Of a stretch of 64,000 nucleotides of DNA, positions 51,520-64,000 are shown one piece after another. The stretch's first letter is position 1. The number at the start of each line of letters is the position of its first letter. The notes under the pieces are model-generated. The model was not told the DNA's origin. It did not search any database and was given only the letters and a program-made list of their open reading frames with translations. Source of the stretch: Camelus ferus (lineage: Eukaryota); the NCBI RefSeq assembly GCF_009834535.1, contig NC_045697.1, positions 97,466,001-97,530,000 on the forward strand, read 5' to 3'. A program made the translations under genes and the position numbers.

Positions 51520-53760
51520 AGTTTCTCAGCCTCAGTACTACTAACGTTTTGGGCTGAAAAATCCTTTGTTGTGGAGGCTGACCAGTGCATCGTGGGATGT
51601 TTAGGGGCATCTAAAGCCTCTACTCTCTCTTTTTTTAAATATGTGTTGTCTTTATTGACATATAGTCAGTTTACAATGTTGTGTCAATTTCTGGTGTACA
51701 GCATAATGCTTCAGTCATACGTGAACATACATATATTCATTTCATATTCTTTTTCACCATGTTACTATAAGATATTAAATATAGTTCCCTGTGCTATACA
51801 GTATAAACTTGTTGTTTATCTATTTTATATATATTAGTATCAGCAAATCTCGAAACTCCCAATGTATCGTTTCCCACCCCCTTCCCGCCGGTAACCATAA
51901 GTTTGTTTTCTATGTATGTGAATCTGTTTCTGTTTTGTAAATAAGTTTGTCTTTTTTTTTTTTTTTTTTTTTTTTAGATTCCACATGTAAGTGGTATCAT
52001 ATGGTATTTCTCTTTCTCTTTCTGGCTTACTTCATTTAGAATGACAATCTCCAGGTCTATCCATATTGCTGCAAATGACATTGTTTTATTATTTTTATGG
52101 CTGAGTAGTATTCCATTGTATAAATATACCACAACTTCTTTATCCAGTCATCTGTGGATGGACATTAAGATTGTTTCCATGTCTTGGCTATTGTAAACAG
52201 TGCTCCTATGAACATTGGGGTGCATGTATCTTTTGGAATTAAGGTTCCCTCTGGATAAATGCCCAGGAGTGGGATTGCTGTATCATGTGGTAAGTCTAAT
52301 TTTAGTCTTTTGAGGAATATCCATATGGTTTTCCATAACAGCTGCCCCAAACTACATTCCCACCAACAGTGTAGGAGGGTTCCCTTTTCTCCACAGCCTC
52401 TCCAGGATTTACTGTTTCTGGACTTTTAAATGATGGCCATTCCTACTGGTGTGAGGTGATACCTCATTGCAGTTTTGATTTGCATTTCTCTGATAATTAG
52501 CACTATTGAGCACATTTTTTCATGTGCCTATTGGCCATTTGTATGTCTTCCTTGGAGAATTGCTTGTTTAGGTTTTATGCCCATTTTTGGATTGGGTTTA
52601 GTTTTTTCTTCTTAAGTTGTATAAGCTGTTTGCATATTCTAGAAATTAAGCCTTTGTCAGTCACATCATTTGCAAATATTTTCTCCCATTCTGTAGGTTG
52701 TCTTTTTGTTTTGCTTATGGTTTCCTTTGCTGTGCAAAAGCTTATAAGTTTAATTAGGTCCCATTTATTTATTTTTGCTCTTATTTCTATTGCCTGGGTA
52801 GACTGTCCTAGGAAGACATTGCTGACGTTCATGTCAGATAATGTTTTGCCTATATTTTCTTCTAACAGGTTTATAATGTCTTGTCTTGTGTTTAAGTCTC
52901 TAATCCATTTGAGTTTATTTTTGTGTATGATGTGAGGGAGTAGTCCAACTTCATTGATTTACATTCAGCTGTCCAGTTTTCCCAACACCATTTTCTGAAG
53001 AGACTGTCTGTACTCCTTTGTATGATCTTGCCTCCTTTGTCAAAGATTAATTGACCAAAAGTCTGTGGGTTTATTTCTGGGCTCTCTGTTCTGTTCCATT
53101 GATGCATATGTCTGTTTCTGTACCAATACCATGCTGTTTTGATTAGTGTAGCTCTGTAACAATTGTCTGAAGCCTGGGATGGTTATTCCTCCAGCTTCAT
53201 TCTTCTTATTCAGTATTGCTCTGGCAATTCTGGGTCTTTTGTGATTCTGTATAAATGTTAGGATTATTTGTTCTAGTTTTGTGAAAAATGTCCTGGGTAA
53301 TTTGATAGGGATCACATTAAATCTGTAGATTGCTTTGGGTAATATGGCCATTTTAACAATATTAATTCTTCCAATTCAGGAGCATGGGATATCTTTCTAT
53401 TTCTTTAAATCATCTTTAATTTCCTTAATCAATGTTTTGTAGTTCTCGGCATATAAATCTTTCACTTTCTTGGTCAGATTATTCCTAAATATTTTATTGT
53501 TTTAGATGCGATTTTAAAAGAGATTGTTTCTTTACTTTCCTTTTCTGATATTTCATTGTTAGTGTAAAGAAATGCCACTGACTTCTGTATGTTAATCTTG
53601 TATCCCGCTACCTTGCTAAATTCTTTTATCAGCTCTAATAGTTTTTGAGTGGTAGTCTCTACTCTTTTGATGCCAGTCAGTTATGATGATCAATGATTTC
53701 TCCAGATATTGTCAAATTTCCTTTAGGGTCAGAATCACCCCTGGGTGAGAACTGTTGGTT
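51520..53760. mobile_element. MER20-like element split by an L1 insertion
   Basis: Left half 51520-51626 and right half 53657-53760 join to give a MER20-like sequence. Confidence 0.7.
51627..53656 (-). mobile_element. 5'-truncated young L1 (~2.0 kb)
   Basis: ORF2 C-terminal peptides ([32 protein letters not shown]); TSD ctctactct at 51618-51626 and 53657-53665. Confidence 0.95.
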
Positions 53761-54354
53761 TAGAGCCGAGGATTCTACTCAGAAAAACAAAAACAAAAAC
53801 AAAAAAACCCTGCTGCAGAAAGATACAGAGTTTCCAGGATATTCTCAAAATGCTGAGTACTGGCTGGGGATGTAGAAATGCAGAGGAGGCACTAAGCATT
53901 GGGTAAGGTGAGTCAGTGATTCCCTAGTGGTACAATGATAAAGATCTATGTGAGTTCAGAAGGAAAATAAATGAGTAACTTTGGAGTTTGGGCTGCTGCA
54001 AAGATGGCAGAGTCTGAGTGCTGCTCTCCAGGTGACTGGAGCCGGGGTGCTGATGGCTACCAGACAGAGTGGTACTCCAGATAGAAAAGAAATACCCTCG
54101 GTACAAACACTGTCTGTAAAAGTGCTTGGTTTTATTTGGAGAAATGAACATTATTTATTAACTGCACAGAGTAGAAAAGAAGTTTGACGACCTGCTATGG
54201 ACTCAATATAAAAAGCCTTTTTGTGCCTAGGAGTTTGTCATATTCTGGAGGCAAACAGAAGTAATTAAATGGTTGCAAGCAGGAATTTTGTGAAATCCTT
54301 ATAGAAATGGGGAAGATGTGTAAGTAGGTAAGAAAGTTAGAATATTTGCAAGTC

Positions 54355-54555
54355 GATATTGCCCACTGCAGCCTGTGGGCAACATCCAGCTCACTCACTG
54401 CCTCCTGGTGTACATAAAGTTTTATTGGAACACAGCCGCACTCACTCACTCATGCTGCAACAGCAGTGTTGAGCAGTTGTGATAGAAACTGGATGGTCTG
54501 AGAGCCTAAACTATTTTCTGTCTTCCATTTTCACCAAAAAATTTTGCTGTCCCCT
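54355..54555. mobile_element. MER58-like hAT fossil
   Basis: taaagttttattggaacacagcc..agcctaaactatt motifs. Confidence 0.7.
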
Positions 54556-54577
54556 TTACCAAAACTCTTTGCTGGCT

Positions 54578-54968
54578 CTTATGGACTGAACTGTGTCCCC
54601 TCAAAATTCATATTTGAAACCTTGGCCCCCAGTGTGACTATATTTGGAGATAAGGCTTTTGAAGAGGTAATTAAAGTAAATGAAATCATAAGGGTGGGAT
54701 CCTGATCTTTTGTCCTTGTAAGAAGAGGAAGAGGCACAAATTTCTTGTTCTCTCTCTGCACATGCACACACACACACACAAAAAGGCCATGTGAGGACAT
54801 AGCAAGAAAGTGGCCATGAACAAGCTAAGGAGAGAAGCCTCATCAGAAATCAACCTTGCTGGCACCCTGACCTTGGACTTCCAGTCGCCAGAACTATGGG
54901 AAAATAAGTTTCTGTTGTTTAAGCCATTCAGTCTATGGCTTTATTATGGAAACCTGAGTAGACGAATA
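54578..54968 (+). mobile_element. MaLR (MLT1A-like) solo LTR
   Basis: ttatggactgaactgtgtcccctcaaaattcatatttgaaacc..ttggacttccagtcgccagaact. Confidence 0.85.
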
Positions 54969-57619
54969 CCCTGACCCTTGGCCTAGATCATTTATTTTTT
55001 CCAAGGCATCATGCACATATGATGTGCCAGGAATTTTATAGGGTTTTAAAATGACAAAGATGAGAAAATCATCATTTCTACCTTATCAAAACTTATACAG
55101 TCTAGTAGAAAGAGATAGATGTACATTTGACATAATATCCTATGTACACAGGTTTTAAATCATTTTATTGAATAGATTCACCTGACTCTTCTTTTTATCC
55201 CTATGCAAAGAATGAAAAGTAAATATATTTTCTTATCCACTGGAAGAGTATAATGATTTGGCCTTCTCTTGCTTTAAAAAACAGATAAACGGAATTATTG
55301 TACAAATATTTTGGTATCTCATCTTAATGGTTTTTCAAAGGACATTGTCAAAAACAATGATTTGAAGGAAGAAGAGAAATACCTTGAAAGTACAAGAAAG
55401 GGGCTGACATCACACCAGAAAGGGATCACCCTGGCTGGGAGTGGGCTGGAAATATCCATCTTGTTCTAGGACCTTATTCCCTTCAGCAACTGAAGGACAT
55501 GGCAAAATTCTAGACAGGATGGCTGCCTGCTAGGTCTGGGGCATGCATTATCAGCAAGGGTGATTTGCTCCAAGAGAGCAAGAAGTGGTTCTTGAGTGGT
55601 GAAAAAAATCTTAGATATTACGATACACTGTAGCCTCCCAAAGATCACAACAGAATATAAACAGATGGACAGTGTAGCTATACAAAGGAAATCATTAAGA
55701 AACTAAAGTTGAGGAACACTGGTCTAGGAAGATGGACCAATTCTGGGTCCCACCCTCTCTGTGACACTCCTGCCCCAAGCTTAGAAGCAGCAGAGGAGTC
55801 ACACTTAAGAATCAAGTAGACATCGACAAAGGATATTTCAGCAGTAAACTAAAATGACCGGTGACTGAGGGGTCTTACACACCTTGGTACTGCATTAGAG
55901 TCCTTCAGAAACTTGGCAACAAATTTAGGATAAATGATCTCTAAGAACAGGTGAGGTTGAATTCCTTACCATAATGGGGGCTCAAGTTGAAAATTTAGGA
56001 AATGGACTACTATGCTGAGTTTACAGATAAGATTTAGACTAGCTGCTATGGAAACAATAAGAAGGAATGGATAGTTAATAATGATAAAAGACTGGAGGAG
56101 AGGGATGCTGAGAAAACAAAAGAATAATAAATCCTGCCTAAGACAGGAAGTAGAGGGATGGGGAAGATATTATTAGAAAAAATCAGTAGGTGAGATTCCA
56201 ATTAAGGGATGTGAATAGTCTGGTGGAAAACAGTGGTAGTAGAAATTGGATAGTAGAGATTTAAGAGATGTTTAGAAGGTATAATGGATGGGTTTGGGCT
56301 ACTCATTGTATCCCAAGAAGAGGATGTGCATGAAGGTAGTGAGAATAACTCCTAGAAATGCAGGAAGAGTGGCTGAGATTGTGGGACAAAAAAAAAAAAA
56401 AAAAAAAAGCCTATCTCTTTAGGACAAACCCAAATTTCTGAATACTTCATAGTCGTGAATCTGGCAAAGATTGTCTGTTAGAGCAAAGTTTGTAAATTGA
56501 TGGCCTTTAAGTTAAATGCTTTCAGAGGGTTGTATTCATAGAATTGTATTGGCAACATTTTTAAGAATATCAATCTTTAAAATAGAAAATAATACTTTGT
56601 CAACATTTAAAGATCAGACAACTTCATCATAAACCAGATTTGTGAGTCCGCGGGTCTTCATTCCCACCTGAAAATAACAAAAACCTCAGCTGGAGCTGAG
56701 ACTGAGACGTGGAACCCCCCTTTAAAGGGGCACATGGTCCCCAGTTAACTGTAACCTTTCCCATTCCCTTGAGACGTCCCCTCTGCTTCATTCATTGCCT
56801 GACTGGCTCCACAGGACTCCAGCAAGCCCCATCACTGCAGAAATGAGACTATCAAAGACATCAGAGGACAAAATATGCCTCCAAACAGAGAAGAAAGGGT
56901 GTGTAATATGGAAATGGAAGTTTAACTGAAGTCCTTCATAAAGTATGTCATTCCATGTAAGCAGTGTTTCAAGAAAAGAGCAAGACTAGCTAGGATGGAT
57001 TCACAAGAAAATAAAATGAAACATGAAATCAGAAAATACACATTCAGAAGAGATGCCATAAAATTAATGCTATAATTGAGAGAAAAGGTCAAGTAGGCTT
57101 TCTAATTCTGATAGAATTTCTATTTCTTTCTAATTCTGATTTAATAGGCTTTCCAACTCCAGCCCCAGAATATAAACTTTAGAATAATTATTTGGTATAA
57201 TTATCAGTTATGCCTATCTCTCTCCAAGAAAATCTGCAGTCTGCAAATTATCATATAACTTTTACCTCTTCAGAAATTTTACTCTTTGGCCCACCCCTCT
57301 TTGCCACAGACATGCTTATCTGAAAGCTAGTCTCCTCTTAAGCTGATTTCCTCCAGTACTAGCAAGAAAAGCGCTAAAGAACAAGCCCATTTTATCACAG
57401 AAAGTTCACTGTGGTGACATTCTTCTTTGATTTCTGAAAATACTAAATCATTTTGCACCCAGCTTGACCCAACAGCTGTAGCTCTTCTGTTCTCCCTCCC
57501 TAATTTATTTGCATTTGGCTTATATTCCTAACCCTTTGGAGTGCTGATAATTATACTGTCTGGAAGGCTTGGAAGCTGTAAAAAAAAAAAAAAAAAATCT
57601 GGACCTCTTCACATTTCAG

Positions 57620-59510
57620 CACAAGTAGACAAGGCTCAGGCTCTAATTTGGAACTGCATGGGCTTAAATGGGGCATGTTAGCTCAGAGACATCAACAGCA
57701 GCCTGCCAGCTTGAAGACTGTTCTCCAAAGCCTCTCACCATATGTTTGGCTACAAATTGTGGACCAAACAGGCCAAGATGTTCCACAGGATTCAAATGGA
57801 CCTCTGTTAACATATGTGGTTGGCACAGGGCAGGTGAAGTGTTGACAGTTAGCCTCATAATCCCTGTTACAATGTAACTGGGATGTTTCCTTCCTCTTAG
57901 AAACAGCTTTACAGTCTTATTAATTAAAAAAAAAAAAAACTTGATAAAATAAAATGATTACAGAGTGCTTTGAATGGAAGGAAAAGTAAGAATACTAAAA
58001 TTTTATAATAAAGTTTGTTTTTAGGAGATGTGGACAAGAAACAAGGTCAGATATGTTTGAATGACAGTGATAGTATTAGTTTGGGTAATCTTTTCTCTAA
58101 CAATTTTGCAGATATATCAGAAGAATTCATTCTTATTTTTCACTTACCAATAGCTAATAATGAATTCAGTACTAAGGCTGAGTACATGGAGAAATTTAAA
58201 ATCTAGCTCTCCCTAGATTTGTAATCTAAATTGAAAACCTGAAATGAAGTTTAAGTTCATGTTACAACATTAAAAACTTTAAGCTGGAAATCTAATTTTA
58301 GGGATTTGGAAATGTGTTCTATGGAATTTAAACTTGGTTTCTTCTGTCTCACACTGACCCAGTTAACAGGGAGCCAAAGATGGCCCTAGGAAGTGACTTT
58401 ATTAAAGTTATTTTTGTTCAGTTTTTGGAGAAGCAGAAGTCATATTGGTGACAAACTCACTCATCTTAAATGATTGTCCTTGTTTAAAGACAAATTAAAA
58501 CCTATGTAAAATGAGCCAACAATTTGAGACTTTAAAAAAATCTTTTCCTAAATGAAGACTTTTTATCTGTTTGGATTTGAGATTGACTGACTAAACAATT
58601 AGAAGATTGAATTACTTTTCTCTATTTTCCAACCCCTTCTGTGAATAAAACTACTACCTTACACTTCAGAGATGCCAGCTGCCTCAAAGAACTATTACAT
58701 TCATGATAAAAAAAAAAAAGCTTTGTTTTCTAAAGACTGCAAAAATAACACACCTAAGAGCTGTTAATTATAATTAAACAGTGAACACAGACCTTTTTAG
58801 AGCGTTTCTCAAAGTCAAGTCATGATTCCCAGGAAGAAGGGGAATTAGAGTTACATCAAGCATGAAACATGTGTTTTGAAACGTGACTTGACTCACAGGA
58901 CTAGGACTTCACATGGGAGCTTAAAAGACATTTTGTTTAGTTTTAGCACTTAATGAGATAAAGTTCACAGTTTTGAAATGTGGCTGCCCTGGAAAATCAC
59001 ATTTGGAGAATGTGTATGAATCTATAAAAACAAACACACACTATAGAGAGCTTTTCAGCATGGTTGGAACTGACAGAAATCCAGATGTTCTCCTTTTACA
59101 TTCTTGGATCACTACCAAAGAGCAAGAAATAGCATCTATCAGAGCTGACCCATGTCACTTGAAGAGGAAGTACTAGCCTTAAGACAGCAGGAATTATTCA
59201 ACGTTCTTCAACAGAGGGCTGGAGAGCCTCACAACTTGACACCATTGTTTGCACATATGAGTCCCAGTTAAACTTGCTGTAATGAAAATATTCACTTGAC
59301 TATATACCACCTACCATCTGCACACACTCAAATCAGCCCGATTGCCAGTTTTATTGAGGCTTCAGCTTTTAAAACAAACACTGAACAGATAAGGGCTCTG
59401 GCTCTTCTAAATCAACAAAAAACAGAACATAAGATAAGCCTACTCGAAAAGCCAACTGCTTGCCCGTCAAGAGTGTGACAGTCTGCCAGTGAGAAAGTTT
59501 GAACCAAATT
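57620..59510 (+). pseudogene. Copy B: SH3 insert and SR5-SR8 remnants
   Basis: Spliceable pair 57620-57833 and 58025 onward; IFHLPIANNEFSTKAEYME ~ CFTVPPPNKEAVDLANRIE; HVTTLKTLSWKSNFRDLEM ~ plectin HVDMKSLLAWQSLRRDVQL; SHLEN ~ LRLEN; DTIVCTYESQL ~ EALVKLYETKL. Confidence 0.75.
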
Positions 59511-60779
59511 CTCATCTTTTCCATTCACCACCTTCTTTTTCTGTGGGTCATTCAAAGGACACAGTCTGACAAAAGTACCAAACTCTGAGGGCATAATTTC
59601 CTTTCTCCTTTGATTTTTTAAAAAAAGTTGAATTAGTTAAAGCCCAAATTTGAAAAGTAAAATGTATTACTAATAATTGAAAACTACCATTGAAAAGAGA
59701 AAGATATCCCTTACTTTAGTTGGGAGTGTGTGTGTGTGTGTTTGTGTGTGTATGTATATAATTTTCTGCAGCCTATTGAGGCAAATGCAGAGCTAGTATG
59801 GAGTGTGATGATGGGTTGGGAGGAAGGATGGGGGATCAGAGAAACACAAAGTGTGGGAAGAAAATAAACAGGGATCTGAACACTATGGAAAATCTGCTAC
59901 CTTTGTCTTCAGAGAATGACATGTCTGTGGGAAGATAAAAGGCAAAAAACTAAAAACTATTCTCAAAGCAACAATAAAACAGCTGGAGATTAAAAGGATC
60001 AATAAAAGTTAAACCAGTGACAAGCAAATCTTTGAAAATTAAGAATACAAACTACCAAAAGAAAATTAAAATCTGATGAAAATAAATCATGCTATATTTT
60101 TCCTTAAATTGTAAAAATATTTATGAAACATAAAATTTTATAATAAAACTTAGATTTACTCATTTTATCCACATATTCTGAAAGCTATGTTAAAACCTAT
60201 TTTAAAAATATAGTGGTCAAATTTTGTGATATTCCTTTCATTTGAAACTCATAGTTGTTCACTCTGTTATATGCATAGATATTTTGAAGTCATGTATCTA
60301 AAGAAATAAAAGTAAGATATTGCTACAATTCCATGTAAGCTAATTTATGTGGATATTTTTATCAAGAAATATCTCTATAAGCTTACTATTATTTTCTCTA
60401 AAAATCATTCTACTTCTGTACTTTGTAGAAAATGACTTTGGCTAAAGTCATGTGATTTTCTTTAAACTTTTAAGAGTAAACTAAGATGACAATACTAGGA
60501 AAATGAGTGACCTTTTTTAATATGTTGAAAAAGTAATGGTATTTCTAGATACATCAAAAATATAGTTTAATACAAAAAAATGAATCAAACAATGCACTTC
60601 ATCAAATCCATAAAGGGAACTTTAATATGTGGCAGTCCCTTTCAAGCTAATGAGTTGTCTGAATCCCAGGACGATGATTTTCAGTTGCAGCAGTTCTTGG
60701 CAAGTTGATAGGCAGGCATTTAACTGGATCTCAAAACTTGATTCTGTCAGCTAATGACAAAAACAGCCTGATGGTATGC

Positions 60780-61640
60780 AATTATTTCAATCAATCAATC
60801 AACAAGGATTTTGAGCACACACCATCTTCTCATCATTGTGCTAGCTGTAAAAGAAGTAGATAAAAGATAAGTAAAAGAAGTGTAAGACATTGACCCAAAC
60901 TTTAAAAGGATGCAAATTGTTCTGAAGAGGTAAAAACAATACACATGAAATAATTAGCAAAGTTCACAGCATATTCTTAAAGGGTGATTTACGTTGAAGA
61001 GCCAAAAATACCAGAGAATGTTAGGGATGATAAGATAAATGTCAAAATGATGAGTGGCAATTTCAATGGGACAAAATTGGGAATGGAGTAAAATTTAGAT
61101 AAGGAAAAGGGGAAGAAACTGATTTCCCCTTAAATGAATGAGCATGCATAACATAAACATGGGGGACAATGGGAAATAAGAACAAAGTGTGGCTTGGAAT
61201 GTGAAATGAACCACTTGATCAATGTAAGTGGATGTATCAGAGAGCAAAGCTAGGTACAGTCAACACATAGGCTGTCCCTGGGGAGGCTTGACAATCAGGC
61301 AGGATTTAGGTTTGATGTGATAAGAAACTTGGAGTTAGCAGTGATTTTAATTCAGAGGAAAATCTGATGAAAAGGTAAACTTGACAGAGAATACAGACGA
61401 AGAGGCGAGAAAAGGCAGTTAAAAGGGCCATAGTGTTCTTAATGAAGACAGAATAGTAGTAGTATTCAAAATTTTCCTAAGTGAACCTGGTTTTTAGCAA
61501 TCAACCATGCAGTGGTATAAGAAGTCAATTAACTGTAGACTTAGTGTCAGAGACCATGACATGGTCATTTGCAGTACTAGATGATGGTGGTATTACCAGG
61601 GCTCAGAGGGTGGTGATTCAAAGGAATACTAAAATGGTAG
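60780..61640 (-). mobile_element. L2 fragments
   Basis: tcaatcaatcaatcaacaaggattttgagcac tail, followed by degenerate purine-rich L2-like sequence. Confidence 0.5.
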
Positions 61641-61924
61641 AAAATGAGCCACGTAGAATATGGGGCCACGTCCTTACTCAGACCCCAGTTAATTTTACTG
61701 CTGCCTTTAAGCAGGCCTTATTTTTGTGCATGTGTGTGTGTGTGTGCGTGTTGGTTTTGCTTTTATTTTTTATCTTCCAAAAATAAGAGAATAGTTGCAG
61801 TTTTCTCCATCTGTCCGATAAATTCTTCCTGGTTTAGCTAGAACCTTTAGTGTTCCATGACAGTACAGCAACGCTCTTTTCATGATGATATGGATCAATT
61901 ATTTCAATCAATTTCATTAGGTTT

Positions 61925-63150
61925 TTTTATGGAGGCCCCTATTAATTAGCTACAACACTACTTTGAAAAGCCGCTTGGTAGGACATTCAGGTTCATTGTT
62001 TCTTTGACTATTTCTGCCCATTCATTCCTTTAAATGTTCCTGTCCAATTAAGACACGAAGAAATGACCACTAAGAAGAAATCCTATAAATGCTCCCTCTG
62101 TTGATATCAAATGGCCATGTGGAAATAAATGTTTGTAACTATGTGAGTGTAACTGGTTGCTTTTTTATTGTACCCATATATATGACCACTTTGGGAACCA
62201 ATTATACTGCAGCATGTGTTCATAAAAGCCTAAAAGCTTTCAGGAGGCCAGAATGAAAGTAATCTGATGAAAGTCAGTTACCAACGTTTCACAGCTTCTC
62301 ATGTAGCTCTAATGAGAAAAGAATTGTCAATGTCACTCTCTCTTTTTCCCCAATAGATGAAATGAGGAATTAGATATCCAAATGGTCAGTCCATAAATAC
62401 TTATAAAAACTTATTAGTATAAAAGGATAGAAGTTATTTCATTGATAAATATTATGATTGTATGTTGATATAGGCATATTTCTTCAGTTCACATATGAAT
62501 GAATACTGAGTAAAATTGGAGTCTAAATGTATTAAAGCAAAATATGTTACTAATATGCATTAAAATGGTACAAGAGACAGAATGAGAGTATGGGAGTAAG
62601 AACATCTTGTTTTTTACACTGGCTGCACCATTCAATGTGCATATCTTAAGAAATCATATAACTTCCAAGGATCAAGTAATTTTCATCTGCTGATTGATGT
62701 AATTTGGGCTAGGTCAACATGTCAAAATCACGTTACAGCAAATAACATAATTCTCCTGGATATAAACATTAAGGAACAAAGGTAAATTACTTAAGCTTTG
62801 TAAAAAACTTAAAATGCAGCAATTCCCAGGGACTTGGATATACTCAGATGTCTCATAACCACCTGAGTATTTGTTTATTGCAAATCTTCAAACAAGATGA
62901 TTGGAAAGCTGGGTATAAAATCAATATGACTTCCCAGACTTAATCTGTTTTGTGTAATATTTTATGATGACACTTTAGGAAATATCAGACTAGACCCTCT
63001 CTTGCATTTTATACAGTACTGAAAATCTTTTGGCACTATCCTCTGCCATCCCAATACAGAGGACTTTTCTAGGGCTCTGCATTTCTCAGTGTGGTCTATC
63101 TAGTCCCAGAGTCCCCTGGATCACCTCTTTCTGAGTATTTGTTCCAGCAG
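61925..63150 (+). pseudogene. Copy B: end of the plakin domain and start of the first plakin repeat
   Basis: LISYNTTLKS ~ LASYTSGLET; CPIKTRR..EEIL* ~ SPVKRRR..LIIQ; FGLGQHV..LLDINIKEQ ~ dystonin FRGLRHTV..LLDMRTIEQ; AGYKINMTSQT*SV..RPSLAF ~ AG..T.EKLSV..RPGTAL. Confidence 0.65.
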
Positions 63151-64000
63151 GTTATGACTGAAAATTAACTGGGCTAGTTAAAGCTTAATGTCTTTAAACA
63201 AGAACAAAAAGAAAACAAAATGAAACAATAGTCTGGCGAATGACTCAAAAATCAGGATTTTAAAATCACTATATTACATGGTTTATTATAGTAATACCAC
63301 ATTAATAATCACTTCTCAAACCACTTTGAGAATTAAAGTGTCCTTTATATTGCTCTCATTTTACTTGATTACTGTCCTCTTTTCCATTTATTTGACAAGT
63401 TTATTTTTCAAGTTATTTTATATTACTTTAACTTTATGTGTAAGACTGGCCTTTTGTTTAATATTGGTGAGCATCTAATCCTGCCACTTCAGGTGCCACT
63501 ATCACAGATACCCTCCTTGTCCCACCAGAGCAGACTAGTTCTGATGGGCTAGACTAGTTCAGACTAGAACAGACTGGTTACATGATCTTACAACACCCTC
63601 CATTGGTTAGCACATCACTTAGGGCAGTTTGCAGTCACATACATACATAAGTGTGTGTATGTGTGTGTGATTATTTGATTAATTTTGGTTATTTGATTAA
63701 TATTCTCCCAGGTCTCATCCAAGATTATAAACTAAGGACAAAACCTAGTCTGCTTTGCTCACTACTGTTGATACTCAGTCTAGTGCCATGCCTCACCCAT
63801 AGCAGTTCCTAAACAAACGTTGAATGTTGAACATCAAGGCACTTAGTTTATAGCCCTTAACATATACGTATTTACTATTAGGTATAACTGCTCAAATTTA
63901 GCAAACAGATAGAAGCTATCTCTTTCTTTAATTTAAAAATGTTAGTCCTTAAGAAAATAAAATTTTTCCTTTCAGGGTAGTATTTTAAATAATTGTTAAC

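Larger units (their letters stand above)
28780..63150 (+). pseudogene. Decayed plakin-family gene, copy B; same domain order as copy A, probably continuing past the window end
   Basis: Collinear blocks: LRD..NL (28898); CH1-end/CH2 (37172-37690); SR1-SR3 (38183-40060); SR4 (46615-47926); 48088-48213; SH3 (57620-58330); SR7-SR9 (58960-62250); PRD start (62700-63150). Reference sequences recalled, not searched. Confidence 0.8.

Noticed and set aside
1..64000. Intact protein-coding gene, tRNA/rRNA genes or CRISPR array
   Set aside because: No stop-free multi-exon model could be built across the plakin blocks, and no structural RNA or repeat-spacer pattern was seen.

Overview
AT-rich mammalian genomic DNA, probably camelid judging by the L1 3' ends (inference from recalled repeat sequence). 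No intact protein-coding gene is evident. About half of the window is interspersed repeats: a full-length L1 with a TSD, many truncated L1s, L2/MIR, MaLR LTRs and DNA-transposon fossils. There is also an ATP6V0E1 processed pseudogene. The main result comes from manually translating the non-repeat DNA on the + strand. It appears to hold two tandem, same-strand, heavily decayed plakin-family genes resembling plectin, dystonin and desmoplakin: copy A at ~560-25,720 and copy B from ~28,780 to at least 63,150. In both copies the fragments are collinear: CH1-CH2 actin-binding domain, spectrin-repeat plakin domain with SH3 insert, no long coiled-coil rod, then plakin (plectin) repeats. Many stop codons sit exactly at conserved Trp/Tyr/Gln positions, some blocks match desmoplakin exon lengths, and several canonical introns are absent. 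All protein alignments were made by eye against recalled human sequences and need tblastn/HMM confirmation.
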